NCBI GenBank assembly: GCA_046482545.1
Contig: JAWOEX010000021.1
Span: 32,001 to 96,000 of the forward strand
Direction: 5' to 3'
DNA from: Candidatus Thorarchaeota archaeon
GTDB lineage: Archaea; Asgardarchaeota; Thorarchaeia; Thorarchaeales; Thorarchaeaceae
Length of the DNA stretch: 64,000 bases
Part shown: positions 36,832 through 47,804 of the stretch, piece after piece
Position numbering within the stretch: position 1 is the stretch's first letter
How the letters are laid out: every line of letters begins with the position of its first letter
The notes under the pieces: generated by a model
Told to the model about the DNA's origin: nothing
Databases searched by the model: none
The model's input: the letters and a program-made list of their open reading frames with translations, nothing else
Made by a program: the position numbers and the translations under genes

Positions 36832-38481
36832 TTACTCGTAGGGGTGTGAGATGCTTTCCTCTTCCATTTTGTCAGGGCGACTGCGTTTCCTCCACTCCTT
36901 TATTGGCATACTGAACTTGTCCTCAACCCTGTCACGATGGATAGTATTCATAGTGCAGAATGGGATGATTCTTCCGTCAGGAACACTGTAATTGATATCA
37001 CAGTGCTGCACACGCTCCAAGTCGAAATTGTACGGATCTTGGAAGTGCATCATACCAATCATGATAATGCGGTGCATAAACTCAGATAGTGAGTCATAAT
37101 CGCCTTTCTTCAGAAAAGCACCAAGCAAATCTTTCATCAATCCTTTTCGCTTGACATGGCGCAGTCCTGCGGCTAGTTTGGCTTTGGCCCGCTTGCCGGC
37201 AGCGAACTTCCCATCCGCATAGAGATTGCAGATGCCTTCCATAAGCTCAATGAATTTATCCACATCGATAAGATTGGTAATCGGCTCGTATCTCCCATCT
37301 TCATTGATGTAAATGAAGGTAGCCATACCACAGGCAAAGTGAGCACTAAGTTCCAATTGTGGAGTTCCTTTCATGAGCCCCATTGCTCGACCGATAGGCA
37401 TCATTCCCGGCACCGGATACCATTCTGATGCGGGAATTTTGCCATCAGTCTGTTCTTCGATTTTGTGAATCACATCGGGGATTGTTATTCGCATTTCTTG
37501 CCGCTTCTCATAATCAATCCGTCCTGTGATGCTGACAGGCTGGAAGTTCACACAACGAACAACGTCCTGGTTCTCCACAGCAAACTCGATAATATCGCCA
37601 ACCTGATCATCGTTTACACCTCGTACAACTGTAGGGACAAGGACAATCGAATCTAGGCCCACCTCTCTGCAGTTTTCGATGGCCTGCTTCTTCAACGGCA
37701 GCAGGTTCATCCCTCGTGCCGCTTCATAGGGCTCGGGTGTCACACCATCAAACTGCATGTAGATTGTCGACAGACCAGCTTCTTCGAGCTCTTTGGTATA
37801 TTCAAGTGATTTACCAAGGCGTATGGCATTGGTTGCAATCTCAGTATGCTTGAAACCAACGTCTTTGGCCCAGCGAAGATACTGTGGAAGATGCTTGCTG
37901 ACGGTAGGTTCGCCCCCTGCAAATTGAAGTGCTGGAGTTGGAACAGGCTTGTTGCTTCGAAGGTTCTTCATCATTTCTAGAACCTCTTCAGGAGTTGGCT
38001 CATACACTTCACCAGATTCTGCGGCGTGAGCGAAACAAATGGGGCATCGGAGGTTACACCTATTGGTGACATCAAGAAGAGCAAGTGCAGTATGCGATTT
38101 GTGCTCTGGGCACTGACCACAATCTTCTGGACAACCGTGTACAGTCTCTGTGCGAGGGTTATCAAGGCCTACTGTTTTGTACCACCACTTCTGGGCTTTC
38201 CTGAACATGTCGGCATCGCCCCAGTAGACATCTATAAACTCTCCATGTTTCTCACATTCTTTCTTGTACATAACCTTGCCATCTTCTTCGTAAAGAGTAG
38301 CATCAATGACATTAACCTCATCATCTGCTAACAGGCAATCAGGGCATATGGATTGGGTAGTATATGGTAGCTGACGTATCTCGTGTTTCTCAACGTGAAA
38401 TCGTGAGATATCATGCTCTTCATCTTCGAAAGGAAGCTCACTAGAAGGAACTGGTTCAATATCTGGTTCCATGAAAATCAA
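36832..38481 (-). CDS. tes: Radical SAM tetraether lipid synthase (Tes/GDGT-MAS, MJ0619 family)
   Basis: N-terminal CPDC...C..HG, CPEDCGQCPEH, CNLRCPIC, C-terminal MHFQDPYNFDLERV...C...DGRIIPFC. Confidence 0.85.
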   Translation of the reverse strand: MIFMEPDIEPVPSSELPFEDEEHDISRFHVEKHEIRQLPYTTQSICPDCLLADDEVNVIDATLYEEDGKVMYKKECEKHGEFIDVYWGDADMFRKAQKWWYKTVGLDNPRTETVHGCPEDCGQCPEHKSHTALALLDVTNRCNLRCPICFAHAAESGEVYEPTPEEVLEMMKNLRSNKPVPTPALQFAGGEPTVSKHLPQYLRWAKDVGFKHTEIATNAIRLGKSLEYTKELEEAGLSTIYMQFDGVTPEPYEAARGMNLLPLKKQAIENCREVGLDSIVLVPTVVRGVNDDQVGDIIEFAVENQDVVRCVNFQPVSITGRIDYEKRQEMRITIPDVIHKIEEQTDGKIPASEWYPVPGMMPIGRAMGLMKGTPQLELSAHFACGMATFIYINEDGRYEPITNLIDVDKFIELMEGICNLYADGKFAAGKRAKAKLAAGLRHVKRKGLMKDLLGAFLKKGDYDSLSEFMHRIIMIGMMHFQDPYNFDLERVQHCDINYSVPDGRIIPFCTMNTIHRDRVEDKFSMPIKEWRKRSRPDKMEEESISHPYE

Positions 38482-38598
38482 ATCCTTGCTTATCTTTTGC
38501 CACCACTGAACGGAGTGGTATTCTATTGGTAGACCTTCTAGAATGAATATAACCTTTATCCAACGAATTATAATCTTAATCGTCGGAGTCTTGCGGAG

Positions 38599-38952
38599 TT
38601 AAGTCTCCATAACGAGAACATATCCCTTGGTAAAGGCCCCTCTTGAGGCGTTCTTCTTTTTCCGGATCTTTTCAATAGCTGCTTTCTCAATTCCTCTAAG
38701 CTTCAGAAGAGTATCAATTGCCTCAATGATATCAGCGATTTCTTCGACCTCCCCGGACTCCGAAAGCTCTATAGCTTCCTCCACAATCTTGGCGCGAAGC
38801 AATTCATCCATTTCTTCACGTGATGCGATTCGAATCCTTGGTTCTTCACCACTCTGATGAATTAATTCCGGTATTTTATCCCGCACGAGTTTCTCTCGTG
38901 TCAAAATCAAATCACCATTTGTTTGTTTCAATTCACTAAAGCACAAGCGCAA
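38599..38952 (-). CDS. MazG-like all-alpha NTP pyrophosphohydrolase
   Basis: KLVRDKIPE, K.VEEA.E, EEIADIIE, RGAF. Confidence 0.82.
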   Translation of the reverse strand: MRLCFSELKQTNGDLILTREKLVRDKIPELIHQSGEEPRIRIASREEMDELLRAKIVEEAIELSESGEVEEIADIIEAIDTLLKLRGIEKAAIEKIRKKKNASRGAFTKGYVLVMET

Positions 38953-39604
38953 CTTCTAATTGATCGTCAGCAATACTTGTAAATTCATCAAATGCCGCTT
39001 CAATCTTATCAGAGATTTCTGATGACCATACCTCGCCGGCTCCACGAGATACATTGTCTGCCATCTTCTCAAAGGGAAGAAATTGGAGGTGTCTATCTGC
39101 ATCAACGGATAGTGTCCCTATCCATTGCCCTTCTTCAAGAATCTCATACATTGGTGAGCGATCCCGCAATTCTGTAGCAGGAATAGCAACCCAGAAGAAG
39201 GATAATCCGTTGAACTGCGCGGCTTTTCCCACTCCGATAACGTAGCTGTCCATCTCACCCTTGGCCATTTCTAAGTCATAGAGAATACCTATGCGACAAT
39301 TCAGGCATTGATTGAATTCTATACCATCCCCACTCGAATCCATGTATGCTATACCGTTCTTCTCAACGTTATTGTCGTTACAATGCGGACAGAGATTGAT
39401 GCCCCAACGAACCTCTTGATAGTCTTCAAGAGCACCGTTGAGGATTCTCTGTCTTGCATTACTAAAAGCAGATTGGACTGCTTCGATTCCTTTGTTCTCC
39501 ATTTTTTCTCGAATGGCAGACCAAACTTCAAGCAGATTCTGCCACCTAATTTGCAAGATAAGGTCTGCTAATTCGTCAAGCGATTTTTCAGATAGATTAG
39601 CCAA
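38936..39604 (-). CDS. Hypothetical protein with Zn-ribbon
   Basis: CPHC...CLNC. Confidence 0.6.
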   Translation of the reverse strand: MANLSEKSLDELADLILQIRWQNLLEVWSAIREKMENKGIEAVQSAFSNARQRILNGALEDYQEVRWGINLCPHCNDNNVEKNGIAYMDSSGDGIEFNQCLNCRIGILYDLEMAKGEMDSYVIGVGKAAQFNGLSFFWVAIPATELRDRSPMYEILEEGQWIGTLSVDADRHLQFLPFEKMADNVSRGAGEVWSSEISDKIEAAFDEFTSIADDQLEVALVL

Positions 39605-39944
39605 CTTTGATCACCTTGAAACTACGCAATCATTAACAACAGATGTAATGATGCGCAATTAAGAGTTCCCTAGATGACCCTCACGAGAGAGCTAAGAATG
39701 GGAAAATGTTCTCCAATAATCTCCACGAAGTAGACAAGTTTTCCTAGCCTAAGGTTTTTAACTGACACAGACTTCACAAAATTGCGAAAGATCACTAGGT
39801 GAGACAAGGATGGATAGCCAAATCAGATAGGCATACAAGTTTACCTGATTCATTCAGCAACAATGCTGTCTCGCCGATGCACAAGACAAAGACCCACCTT
39901 TGTGCTTTCTTATTCAGAGAATACTATTCAGAGAGTAGACTATA

Positions 39945-42900
39945 ATGACCGAGTTGCCAAAACGATACTCCCCAGTCGAAGTCGAGCATGAGATACTTAA
40001 GTTCTGGAAGGAAAATGATATCTATCAGAAGACAGTAGATTACAGGAAATCTGGACCTCGCTGGAATTTCTTGGAAGGCCCACCCACTACAAACGGCTTC
40101 ATGCATGTAGGTCACGCTAGGGGACGCGCGATGAAAGACGCGCAGTTACGCTACATGACCATGAAAGGATACAATGTGTGGAGACGAGGGGGTTGGGACA
40201 TGCAAGGACTCCCTGTTGAACTCGAAGTAGAAAAGAACGAAGGCATTGCAGAAAAGGGAGAAATAGAATCTGCGATGGGTCTTGACCAGTTTGTTCAGAA
40301 ATGCAAAGACCTTGTAGATTACTATCTTGAGGGATGGGTGGAGGATTCCAGACGGTTAGGTCTTTGGCTCGATTACGAGAAAGCCTACAAGACGAGACGG
40401 GATGATTACATAGAGCATGTGTGGCATTTCCTGAAGCTTGCTAGTGAAGAGGGATTGCTGGGAAGAGGCTACAGAGTCAATCCGATATGCCCAAGATGTG
40501 TGACTGCGCTTTCCGGTCACGAGGTATCACAAGGCTATCAGACAAAAACAGACCCTTCGATATATGTCAAATTCAAAAGAAAGGGGACAGAAAACGAGTA
40601 CCTTGTGATATGGACAACTACTCCCTTTACCATCATATCAAACGAGATGGTATCTGTCCACCCAGAGTATGATTATGTAAAAGTGAAAGTAGATGACGAG
40701 TACTGGTGGCTCGTTGAAGATTTAATGGATACAGTTCTCGAAAAGGCAGGCATCAAAGATTTCGAAATAGTTGAGAAAATAGGGGGTGATGAAATGCTCG
40801 GGTGGAAATACGAGCATCCATTCGAAGACGAAGTCGAGTGGCACCAAAACCACAACGAGCAATACATGCATGCGGTTGTGACAGGCAGGCATGTTACCGT
40901 TGATGAAGGTACAGGGCTGGTTCATACTGCGCCTGGTTTTGGACCCGATGACTTCGACATAGGACAGGAATTTGGTGTACCTGTTTTTTGTCCAGTTACC
41001 AAACAGGGACGGTTTACTGACGAAGTTCCCATGTTCGAAGGGAAATACGTTTTCGATACAAATGATGTCGTTCCAGAGCAGCTGGATGAAAAAGGCCTAC
41101 TGCTTCATCAAGAGACCGTAGACCATGAATATCCTCATTGCTGGCGATGTGATACCCCCCTAATCTATCTAGCAGATAATACCCAGTGGTTCCTCAAGAT
41201 GAGGGGAGTACGAGAAAGACTTGTTGAAAAGAACCAAGAAATCGAGTGGACACCTGGATGGGCAGGCTCAGGACGTTTTGGCGATTGGGTGGCAAACGCT
41301 GATGACTGGTGCATATCGAGATCTAGAGTGTGGGGATCACCACTGCCAGTATGGGTTTGTGATGAATGTCAGGAAGAGTCGGTTATAGGTTCACGGAAAG
41401 AGTTGAGAGAAAAAGCAGTCGAATTTCCTGAGGAATTCGAAATGCATAGACCTTGGGTTGACAAAGTGTTGCTCGAATGTCCTGAGTGTGGAGGTGTCAT
41501 GCACCGAGAAAGCTTTGTCACCGACTGTTGGCTTGATTCAGGCATGGCTCATTCTGCTAGCGTGGATTATCTCAGTGATGAAACACTATTCCCTGAACTA
41601 TTCCCCTATGATTTTATCACCGAAGCTGTCGATCAATCAAGGGGCTGGTTCTACAGCCTCCTCTATACTGGAGTAGTAATGCATGGAGAAGCTCCATTCC
41701 AAGCTTGCGTAAGTCAGGGACATGTTCTCGATGAACACGGAGGAAAGATGAGCAAGTCAAAAGGAAATGTCGTATGGGCTGAAGATGCCTTCGAGAATGT
41801 TGGTGCAGATCCATTTAGGATTTTCATGCTAAGCAGGTCAGCACCTTGGACAAGAGTCAATTACAGCACGAAGGAAGTCAATCACGTAACAAAGCGACTT
41901 GATATTTTCTGGAATGTTTTCCTCTTTGCGGAGACGTACATGGACCTCGATGAGTTTGTATACAATGAGGAGCGTATGCTTTCTGGTCTTTCAAATGCCA
42001 AGCTGGAGGAGAAATGGCTTGTATCACGAGTTCAAAGTGTCCTTAGTGAGTTCCATGGATATATGAACGAATATCTCTATCATCATGCCTCTCGGGTGCT
42101 CCTTGATTTCATAACAGACGATTTGAGCAGGGTGTATTTACCACTAGTGAAGAGAAGAGTCTGGTTAGAAAGTGATAACCCTGAGAAGCTGATGACGTAC
42201 GATGTTCTGTTTTACACACTACAAACAATGCTGCATTGCATCAATATATTCACTCCCTATCTAGCCGAGAAACTGCATCAAGATTTCCTGATGAGGTTCT
42301 CTAAGAATCAGCCAGAGTCAATTAACATGACAGATATGCCAGAGGTTGATGAGTCCTATCTGGATCAAGAACTTGAAGCCACCTTTGATGTTTTAGAGGA
42401 GCTCCGTTCCGCGGCCAGTCACGCACGCAACAAGAGCGGAATAAAACTCAGGCACCCTGTGAAGAAGGTGATGTTTGTTCCTGCATCCGAAGATGCAGCG
42501 GAAAGAGCTAGAAATCTTCATGAGATACTCTTGGAGGATTTGAACACAAGAGAATTCGAAGTCATTGACCCAGAACAGGCATCCCAATTTGTTGAGCTAG
42601 AAGCAGACCCCAACTATGAGAGCCTTGGCCCCAAGTTCAAAGGAAAGACAGACGCAGTGGTAGCCGCTCTAACAGAAGCAGATGCTGCCAATCTGAAGAA
42701 GGAATTCGACAAGGGAACAGCCAGCCTAGAAGTAGATGGCGAGAAAGTTAAACTTGAATCTACTGATGTGACCTTCCGTGAGGAACTGGTTGGTAAGCTA
42801 AGCAGTTCAGATAGCAGAGTTGGAACAGTCTACGTGGATAACACACGAACGAAAGAACTTGAAGCTGAAGGTCTGGTCCGTGATGTGACTAGAAGAGTAC

Positions 42901-43142
42901 AGGTTATGAGAAAGGAAATGGATCTAGATGTGGAAGAGATGCTCAATCTTGCTCTCAAGTTTTCTGATGAAGAATCCATCGAGCTAACGAAGATATTCGC
43001 AGACTACCTAGCTACGGAGACTCGTGCCGAATCCATGGATCTCCTTGGACCCGATGATGAAACGGACTGGGACATCTTTGAGTATGTCAAGGAATGGGAC
43101 ATAGACGATCTTACGCTGAAGGTAGGTATGACTTCGAAGTAA
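39945..43142 (+). CDS. ileS: Isoleucine--tRNA ligase (archaeal/eukaryotic type)
   Basis: EGPPTTNG.MHVGH, GWDMQGLPVE, WTTTP, GTGLVH, WCISR, DQSRGWF, KMSKS. Confidence 0.96.
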   Translation: MTELPKRYSPVEVEHEILKFWKENDIYQKTVDYRKSGPRWNFLEGPPTTNGFMHVGHARGRAMKDAQLRYMTMKGYNVWRRGGWDMQGLPVELEVEKNEGIAEKGEIESAMGLDQFVQKCKDLVDYYLEGWVEDSRRLGLWLDYEKAYKTRRDDYIEHVWHFLKLASEEGLLGRGYRVNPICPRCVTALSGHEVSQGYQTKTDPSIYVKFKRKGTENEYLVIWTTTPFTIISNEMVSVHPEYDYVKVKVDDEYWWLVEDLMDTVLEKAGIKDFEIVEKIGGDEMLGWKYEHPFEDEVEWHQNHNEQYMHAVVTGRHVTVDEGTGLVHTAPGFGPDDFDIGQEFGVPVFCPVTKQGRFTDEVPMFEGKYVFDTNDVVPEQLDEKGLLLHQETVDHEYPHCWRCDTPLIYLADNTQWFLKMRGVRERLVEKNQEIEWTPGWAGSGRFGDWVANADDWCISRSRVWGSPLPVWVCDECQEESVIGSRKELREKAVEFPEEFEMHRPWVDKVLLECPECGGVMHRESFVTDCWLDSGMAHSASVDYLSDETLFPELFPYDFITEAVDQSRGWFYSLLYTGVVMHGEAPFQACVSQGHVLDEHGGKMSKSKGNVVWAEDAFENVGADPFRIFMLSRSAPWTRVNYSTKEVNHVTKRLDIFWNVFLFAETYMDLDEFVYNEERMLSGLSNAKLEEKWLVSRVQSVLSEFHGYMNEYLYHHASRVLLDFITDDLSRVYLPLVKRRVWLESDNPEKLMTYDVLFYTLQTMLHCINIFTPYLAEKLHQDFLMRFSKNQPESINMTDMPEVDESYLDQELEATFDVLEELRSAASHARNKSGIKLRHPVKKVMFVPASEDAAERARNLHEILLEDLNTREFEVIDPEQASQFVELEADPNYESLGPKFKGKTDAVVAALTEADAANLKKEFDKGTASLEVDGEKVKLESTDVTFREELVGKLSSSDSRVGTVYVDNTRTKELEAEGLVRDVTRRVQVMRKEMDLDVEEMLNLALKFSDEESIELTKIFADYLATETRAESMDLLGPDDETDWDIFEYVKEWDIDDLTLKVGMTSK

Positions 43143-43162
43143 TATCGAATCGACAAAGCATA

Positions 43163-44485
43163 CTATGAGAGAACATCAATGAGCTCATAGAAGAACTCGG
43201 CATTCTCTTCAATGGATGGCAATAACACCCATTCATTTGCTCCATGTAGGTTATCACCTATCGGACCAAAATCGAACACTTGGGTATTCTTTTCTGCAAA
43301 ATAACGCGAATCAGAAGCGCCTCCACCTTCAATCAAGCGTATCCTAATTCCGACACGATCAAGAGCTTTTCGAGCTGCTTTGATTAGTTGCGAGTTTGGA
43401 TCAGAATCAACATAGCCTTGGCCAGCACCAACCGTGAGAGATGCCACTTCAGCTTTTCCCCTCAGGGCTTCTTGGAATGCATGCTTCACACTCTTTGAGT
43501 CGTTAGTCATAGCCCGCACATCCAAGTAGAGATCCCATTCATCATCCTTCAATTCAAGCAGATTTGGTGAAACAACCTTCCCCATATCGGAATGTTCAGT
43601 TGAAAAGGCAGCTTGAGCCACCGGCAATGCCGCTCGGAGCAAGTCAGTGAGCCCCTGATCGTATTCAACAGTCTCGCCCGATTCATTAGCGTGTACTATC
43701 TTCAGCTCTATCCAGTCCGGAATCACATTTGATTTGACAAACGCACCATCTATCTCAACTACTCCTGCGAATGGGTTCAAATCGAGATATTTTGACGCAG
43801 CGAGCAAAGCATGTCTATCCACGCCTGGTCGCTGGTAAGCTGAATGTCGGGTGTCGCTGCCGAAGAGGTCAGTCCGGAATCGCTTTGTCTCAATCTCGCC
43901 TCGTATCTCAGAGGTCTCGCTCTGTACCTTGACGTGAGTCGGCAAAGCATTGCGTCTTCGGTGAATGATTACCTGCCCAATACCATCTGCGACCACAACA
44001 TAATCCGGCAGGAGATCATGTGCTTCCAGATACTTTCTGAGATTGCCAGCGCCATGAGCGCCACCAATTTCCTCATCGCCAGTAGCCGCCAGCATAATGG
44101 TCATAGACGGATTGACATTTTTTAGCTTCTCTGCCAGAAGAAGCATTGATACGATATTGCCCTTGTCATCGCACGTTCCGCGTCCATACGCACGATTGTC
44201 CTTAAGTACAAGCTCGAAAGGGTCGGTTTTCCAACCTTCTCCTGCCGGAACGGTGTCAAAGTGAGCTAGAAAAAGTAGCTTCGTGTCCCCATCACCTTTT
44301 CGTCCAAAGGCACTCCAGTATCCTTCCGATTCTAGAATCTCCGTTTCAAATCCAAATTCTTGGATTGTGTTGGTTATGTAGTTGGGACATGCGGATGTGG
44401 CTTTCTTTCCCTTGTCTCTGTCAGAAACTGTGTTAATTTCAACAAGTGTCTTCAGCTCGGATAATGAATCGAGAACCATAAGCAA
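43163..44485 (-). CDS. M20-family metallohydrolase (ArgE/DapE-like)
   Basis: AHFDTVP, YGRGTCDDKG, DEE, GGASD, HGANE. Confidence 0.88.
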   Translation of the reverse strand: MLMVLDSLSELKTLVEINTVSDRDKGKKATSACPNYITNTIQEFGFETEILESEGYWSAFGRKGDGDTKLLFLAHFDTVPAGEGWKTDPFELVLKDNRAYGRGTCDDKGNIVSMLLLAEKLKNVNPSMTIMLAATGDEEIGGAHGAGNLRKYLEAHDLLPDYVVVADGIGQVIIHRRRNALPTHVKVQSETSEIRGEIETKRFRTDLFGSDTRHSAYQRPGVDRHALLAASKYLDLNPFAGVVEIDGAFVKSNVIPDWIELKIVHANESGETVEYDQGLTDLLRAALPVAQAAFSTEHSDMGKVVSPNLLELKDDEWDLYLDVRAMTNDSKSVKHAFQEALRGKAEVASLTVGAGQGYVDSDPNSQLIKAARKALDRVGIRIRLIEGGGASDSRYFAEKNTQVFDFGPIGDNLHGANEWVLLPSIEENAEFFYELIDVLS

Positions 44486-44585
44486 TCATGATATTGTTGA
44501 CACGGTGTATGAAAAGTTATTCCAAATGCAAAAAGAGGATAGCTGGAGCGCAGACTGACCGCGCTCTTGCATTCCCTACAGGAGA

Positions 44586-46805
44586 CTAACCTGTACGTTT
44601 GTAGATGTACCTGCTCCAGGCACCCAAGTTGGGTAATTCTTTTGGCATTCCTTTGCGCTCACGAATTTCCAGAATCTTCTCCTCTTGCATGTTACTTGGC
44701 AATGGCTCGAAGCCTTTGAACTCATATCCAAAGAAGCTCTTGCCGGCAGTAGCGCTACGGAACTCATCAGCTATGCCGATTGTCTCAGCTGTGGGCAAGG
44801 TGCCCTTTACTGTGACAGCGTCTTCCTCGCCTTCTATTGTGATTATCTGACCCCGATGCGAGGTGAGTACCTTGATAACACCGCCCTGTGTCTCAGGGGG
44901 GGTCTTGATGTCAACATTAAGGATAGGCTCATACAAACCCGGTCGCCCGGTCAGGAATCCCATGTTGAGACCAGCACGTGTCATAGTAGCTATCTCGCTG
45001 TATCCTGTGTGGGCGGGATCGGTATGGACAGTAGCATCTGTCAGCACAACCTTTGCCCCCATAACAGGTTCATTCGCAAGGGGTCCAGAATCTACAAACT
45101 CGCGGAATGAACCTGTGACGTATGGTTCAATCCGATCGAACCTCTGTACACCCTTCATGCCATCAACTAGCATACAGTTTTCGTAGATATCAATAATTTT
45201 TCTGGCGACTTTAGGATCCCAGTCTGCTTCATCCCGTAGAATTCTGGCACGTTCCTTTTCGTCCATATCTGCAGTGATTTTCTTCTTGCGAATCAATTCA
45301 ACTGTTTCTTCGTTCATGGGTTCGAGATGCATTTCCAAGCGGTTGTGACCATTTGGTGACTTGGTGAAGAACTCATCTCCCCGCTCAGTCATTTTCTCAC
45401 GATACACAATAATTGGTTCTGAGACAATGATTGGTACCTGCTCATTGATACGACGGGTGAGAATTTCAATCTGAAGGGGATCAATCCCATCAAGCCTATA
45501 CTCTCCGGATTCCTCGTCATGGAAGAATCGGGCAGTGGGATCTGCCATAATCCATTTCTTGACAACATCACCAAGCTTGGCAATATCCTGAGGATCCTTG
45601 GGTTTGATGCTTCGACTTACAACTGGTTCACTTACATATTCGATAGCTTCGAAGCCTTTCATATCTGAACCGGCATCAACGAAACTCTCACCTGATGGAC
45701 AGATGAAACCGAATATCGAGAATAGATTTCCAGCTGGTATCTCTTCCATGGGCAGGATGTCTGTAATCTCTTGAACACCTAGACGCTTTACCCTCGCTCG
45801 CTTCTTCATGTTGATTAGCTTAATATCTTGTCCAGCTTTAAGAGTACCTGAGAAAACTCGACCGATAAGTGTTGGTCTCTTGCTTTTCGGATCGACATAT
45901 ATCTTTGTAATCATACCCAGCAGGGGACCGTTTCGGTCACATTCAAGTAGTGATTTGCCTTCAGGACTTTCGGGGTCTCCCTTCCAAATTCTTGGAATCT
46001 TGAATTTCTGGGCTTCCTTCGGGTTGGGAAGGTGTTTAACCATCATTTCAAGAAGGGCATCATCAAGCGGAAGGTTTTCTCTGAGCCATCGCTCATCACC
46101 GTCACTGTATTTCTCGAAGACTATATCGGGCTTTATTTCCTTGTCCTTTAGAGTCTCCATAGTGAATGCCCATCCAGTCTTGGCACTCCCAATAGCAACA
46201 CTTCCGTCCTCGAAAGAAACTCGCCAGTCAAATTCCGGAGGTGAATATTTCTTAATTAACTCGTTGACCTTTGCTACAATGATATCGATTCGCTCATAGA
46301 CTTTCTTGGGAGGTAGCTTGAGTTCGTTGATTAAACGGTCAACTTTGTTAACATACAGAACTGGCTTGCATCCCTCACCACCAACTGCGAGACGGATGTT
46401 AGTCTCAGTCTGTGTCATTACTCCTTCTAGAGCATCAACCAAGATGACTACACCATCACTGGCACGAAGGGCACGTGAAACCTCACCCGTGAATGAGAGG
46501 TGTCCTGGAGTGTCCGAAAGTTGAACAAGATACTCCTCACCCTCTATCTCGAAGTTGAGCAACACGACTGAGGTGAAAATGGTTATACCACGTTCCTGTT
46601 CTTCCTCGTCGCTGTCCGTCATTAACGCTTCGCCGGCAGATGCGTCGCTCATAAGACCTGCTCGACGCATAAGATAATCCGTAGTTGTCGTTTTTCCGTG
46701 GTCTATGTGTGCACTTATCGAAATAATCCGTTTATGTTTGTAATCATCTGACTTGATGAGCCTTCTAATGGCATCTGGCTCCTTGATTTTGACCAATATA
46801 ATCAC
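44586..46805 (-). CDS. Translation elongation factor 2 family protein (divergent aEF-2 or paralog)
   Basis: AHIDHGKTT, RGIT, DTPGH, NKVD, KSPNGHN; diphthamide loop reads HTDPAHTG. Confidence 0.9.
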   Translation of the reverse strand: MIILVKIKEPDAIRRLIKSDDYKHKRIISISAHIDHGKTTTTDYLMRRAGLMSDASAGEALMTDSDEEEQERGITIFTSVVLLNFEIEGEEYLVQLSDTPGHLSFTGEVSRALRASDGVVILVDALEGVMTQTETNIRLAVGGEGCKPVLYVNKVDRLINELKLPPKKVYERIDIIVAKVNELIKKYSPPEFDWRVSFEDGSVAIGSAKTGWAFTMETLKDKEIKPDIVFEKYSDGDERWLRENLPLDDALLEMMVKHLPNPKEAQKFKIPRIWKGDPESPEGKSLLECDRNGPLLGMITKIYVDPKSKRPTLIGRVFSGTLKAGQDIKLINMKKRARVKRLGVQEITDILPMEEIPAGNLFSIFGFICPSGESFVDAGSDMKGFEAIEYVSEPVVSRSIKPKDPQDIAKLGDVVKKWIMADPTARFFHDEESGEYRLDGIDPLQIEILTRRINEQVPIIVSEPIIVYREKMTERGDEFFTKSPNGHNRLEMHLEPMNEETVELIRKKKITADMDEKERARILRDEADWDPKVARKIIDIYENCMLVDGMKGVQRFDRIEPYVTGSFREFVDSGPLANEPVMGAKVVLTDATVHTDPAHTGYSEIATMTRAGLNMGFLTGRPGLYEPILNVDIKTPPETQGGVIKVLTSHRGQIITIEGEEDAVTVKGTLPTAETIGIADEFRSATAGKSFFGYEFKGFEPLPSNMQEEKILEIRERKGMPKELPNLGAWSRYIYKRTG

Positions 46806-46946
46806 CCGGTAATTTTGATATCATTTTCCCAACTGCTGAAGTTTATCCATACGAGAAAACTCTGTTGGGATGGCTCCGGCGGTGTCACCGGCAGCGTAAG
46901 AGGTCACGACATTGCTGGTCTTAAAAGATTATCGTCAAGGCAGCTA

Positions 46947-47804
46947 CTATTTGCTGGCTACCACAACAATTCGTTCGGAACTTGCGCTATAAGGCATCTT
47001 TGGCATCTTATTCGAACCATAGAGCTCAGTTTTCTTGAATCCAATATCCTCAAGCATTGTTTTGATTTCAAGTGCGCTGTAGATGCGGACATTATTGTTC
47101 GCCAAGGCATCCTGATTCATCGATATGAGTCGGTTTCCTTCAATATCAATGAATGTTGCTGGCTTTCCTCTCAGCACACTTGAAGCTGCATCAAGGGTGT
47201 GCGGCCGACTGAGGAGATATCCGCCATCGAGTTCGGTCCAAGTCTGTTGGAAATCTGGTAGGTTATATGGGTTGAGCAAATCGAGAAGCAAGTGTCCATC
47301 TTCAACAAGTCCATCGAAGGATCCTTGCAATACCCGTTTGTTCTCTCCATGATCGAAGAAGCCGAAACTGTGGCTTAGCAGTACTGCAGCATCAAACTCA
47401 TCTTCGAATTCCATTTCACGCATATCACCAACATGGAAATCGACTTTTACGGCTTGCTGTTTTGCACTCTCCTCGGCGACTGAGATTAGAGTCTCTGAAA
47501 GGTCAAATGCAGAGACTTCCAAGTTTCTCTTTGCGAACTTAATGGCATGATTTCCAGCACCGCAGGCTATATCAAGAACTCTGTTACCTTCTTGCAAATC
47601 CATAACTTCAATGCAGAACTCGGCCAGCATCTCATCATATTTTTCGATACCCTGAATAGAATTCCTGTGTTTCACACGGAAGATTTCCGCCCAAAATTCG
47701 TCCCAGCCAAGCTCTATGTGTTCCATAGGAGTCAACCGACATAGATTGTGCCTGCCAGAGAAATATGAAGCTTTGCATGAAAACAATCCTATGTAAAAAG
47801 TCAA
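46947..47804 (-). CDS. Class I SAM-dependent methyltransferase (start probably ~47726, MEHIELG)
   Basis: VLDIACGAG, GDMREM, FDAAV, SFGFF. Confidence 0.88.
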   Translation of the reverse strand: MTFYIGLFSCKASYFSGRHNLCRLTPMEHIELGWDEFWAEIFRVKHRNSIQGIEKYDEMLAEFCIEVMDLQEGNRVLDIACGAGNHAIKFAKRNLEVSAFDLSETLISVAEESAKQQAVKVDFHVGDMREMEFEDEFDAAVLLSHSFGFFDHGENKRVLQGSFDGLVEDGHLLLDLLNPYNLPDFQQTWTELDGGYLLSRPHTLDAASSVLRGKPATFIDIEGNRLISMNQDALANNNVRIYSALEIKTMLEDIGFKKTELYGSNKMPKMPYSASSERIVVVASK

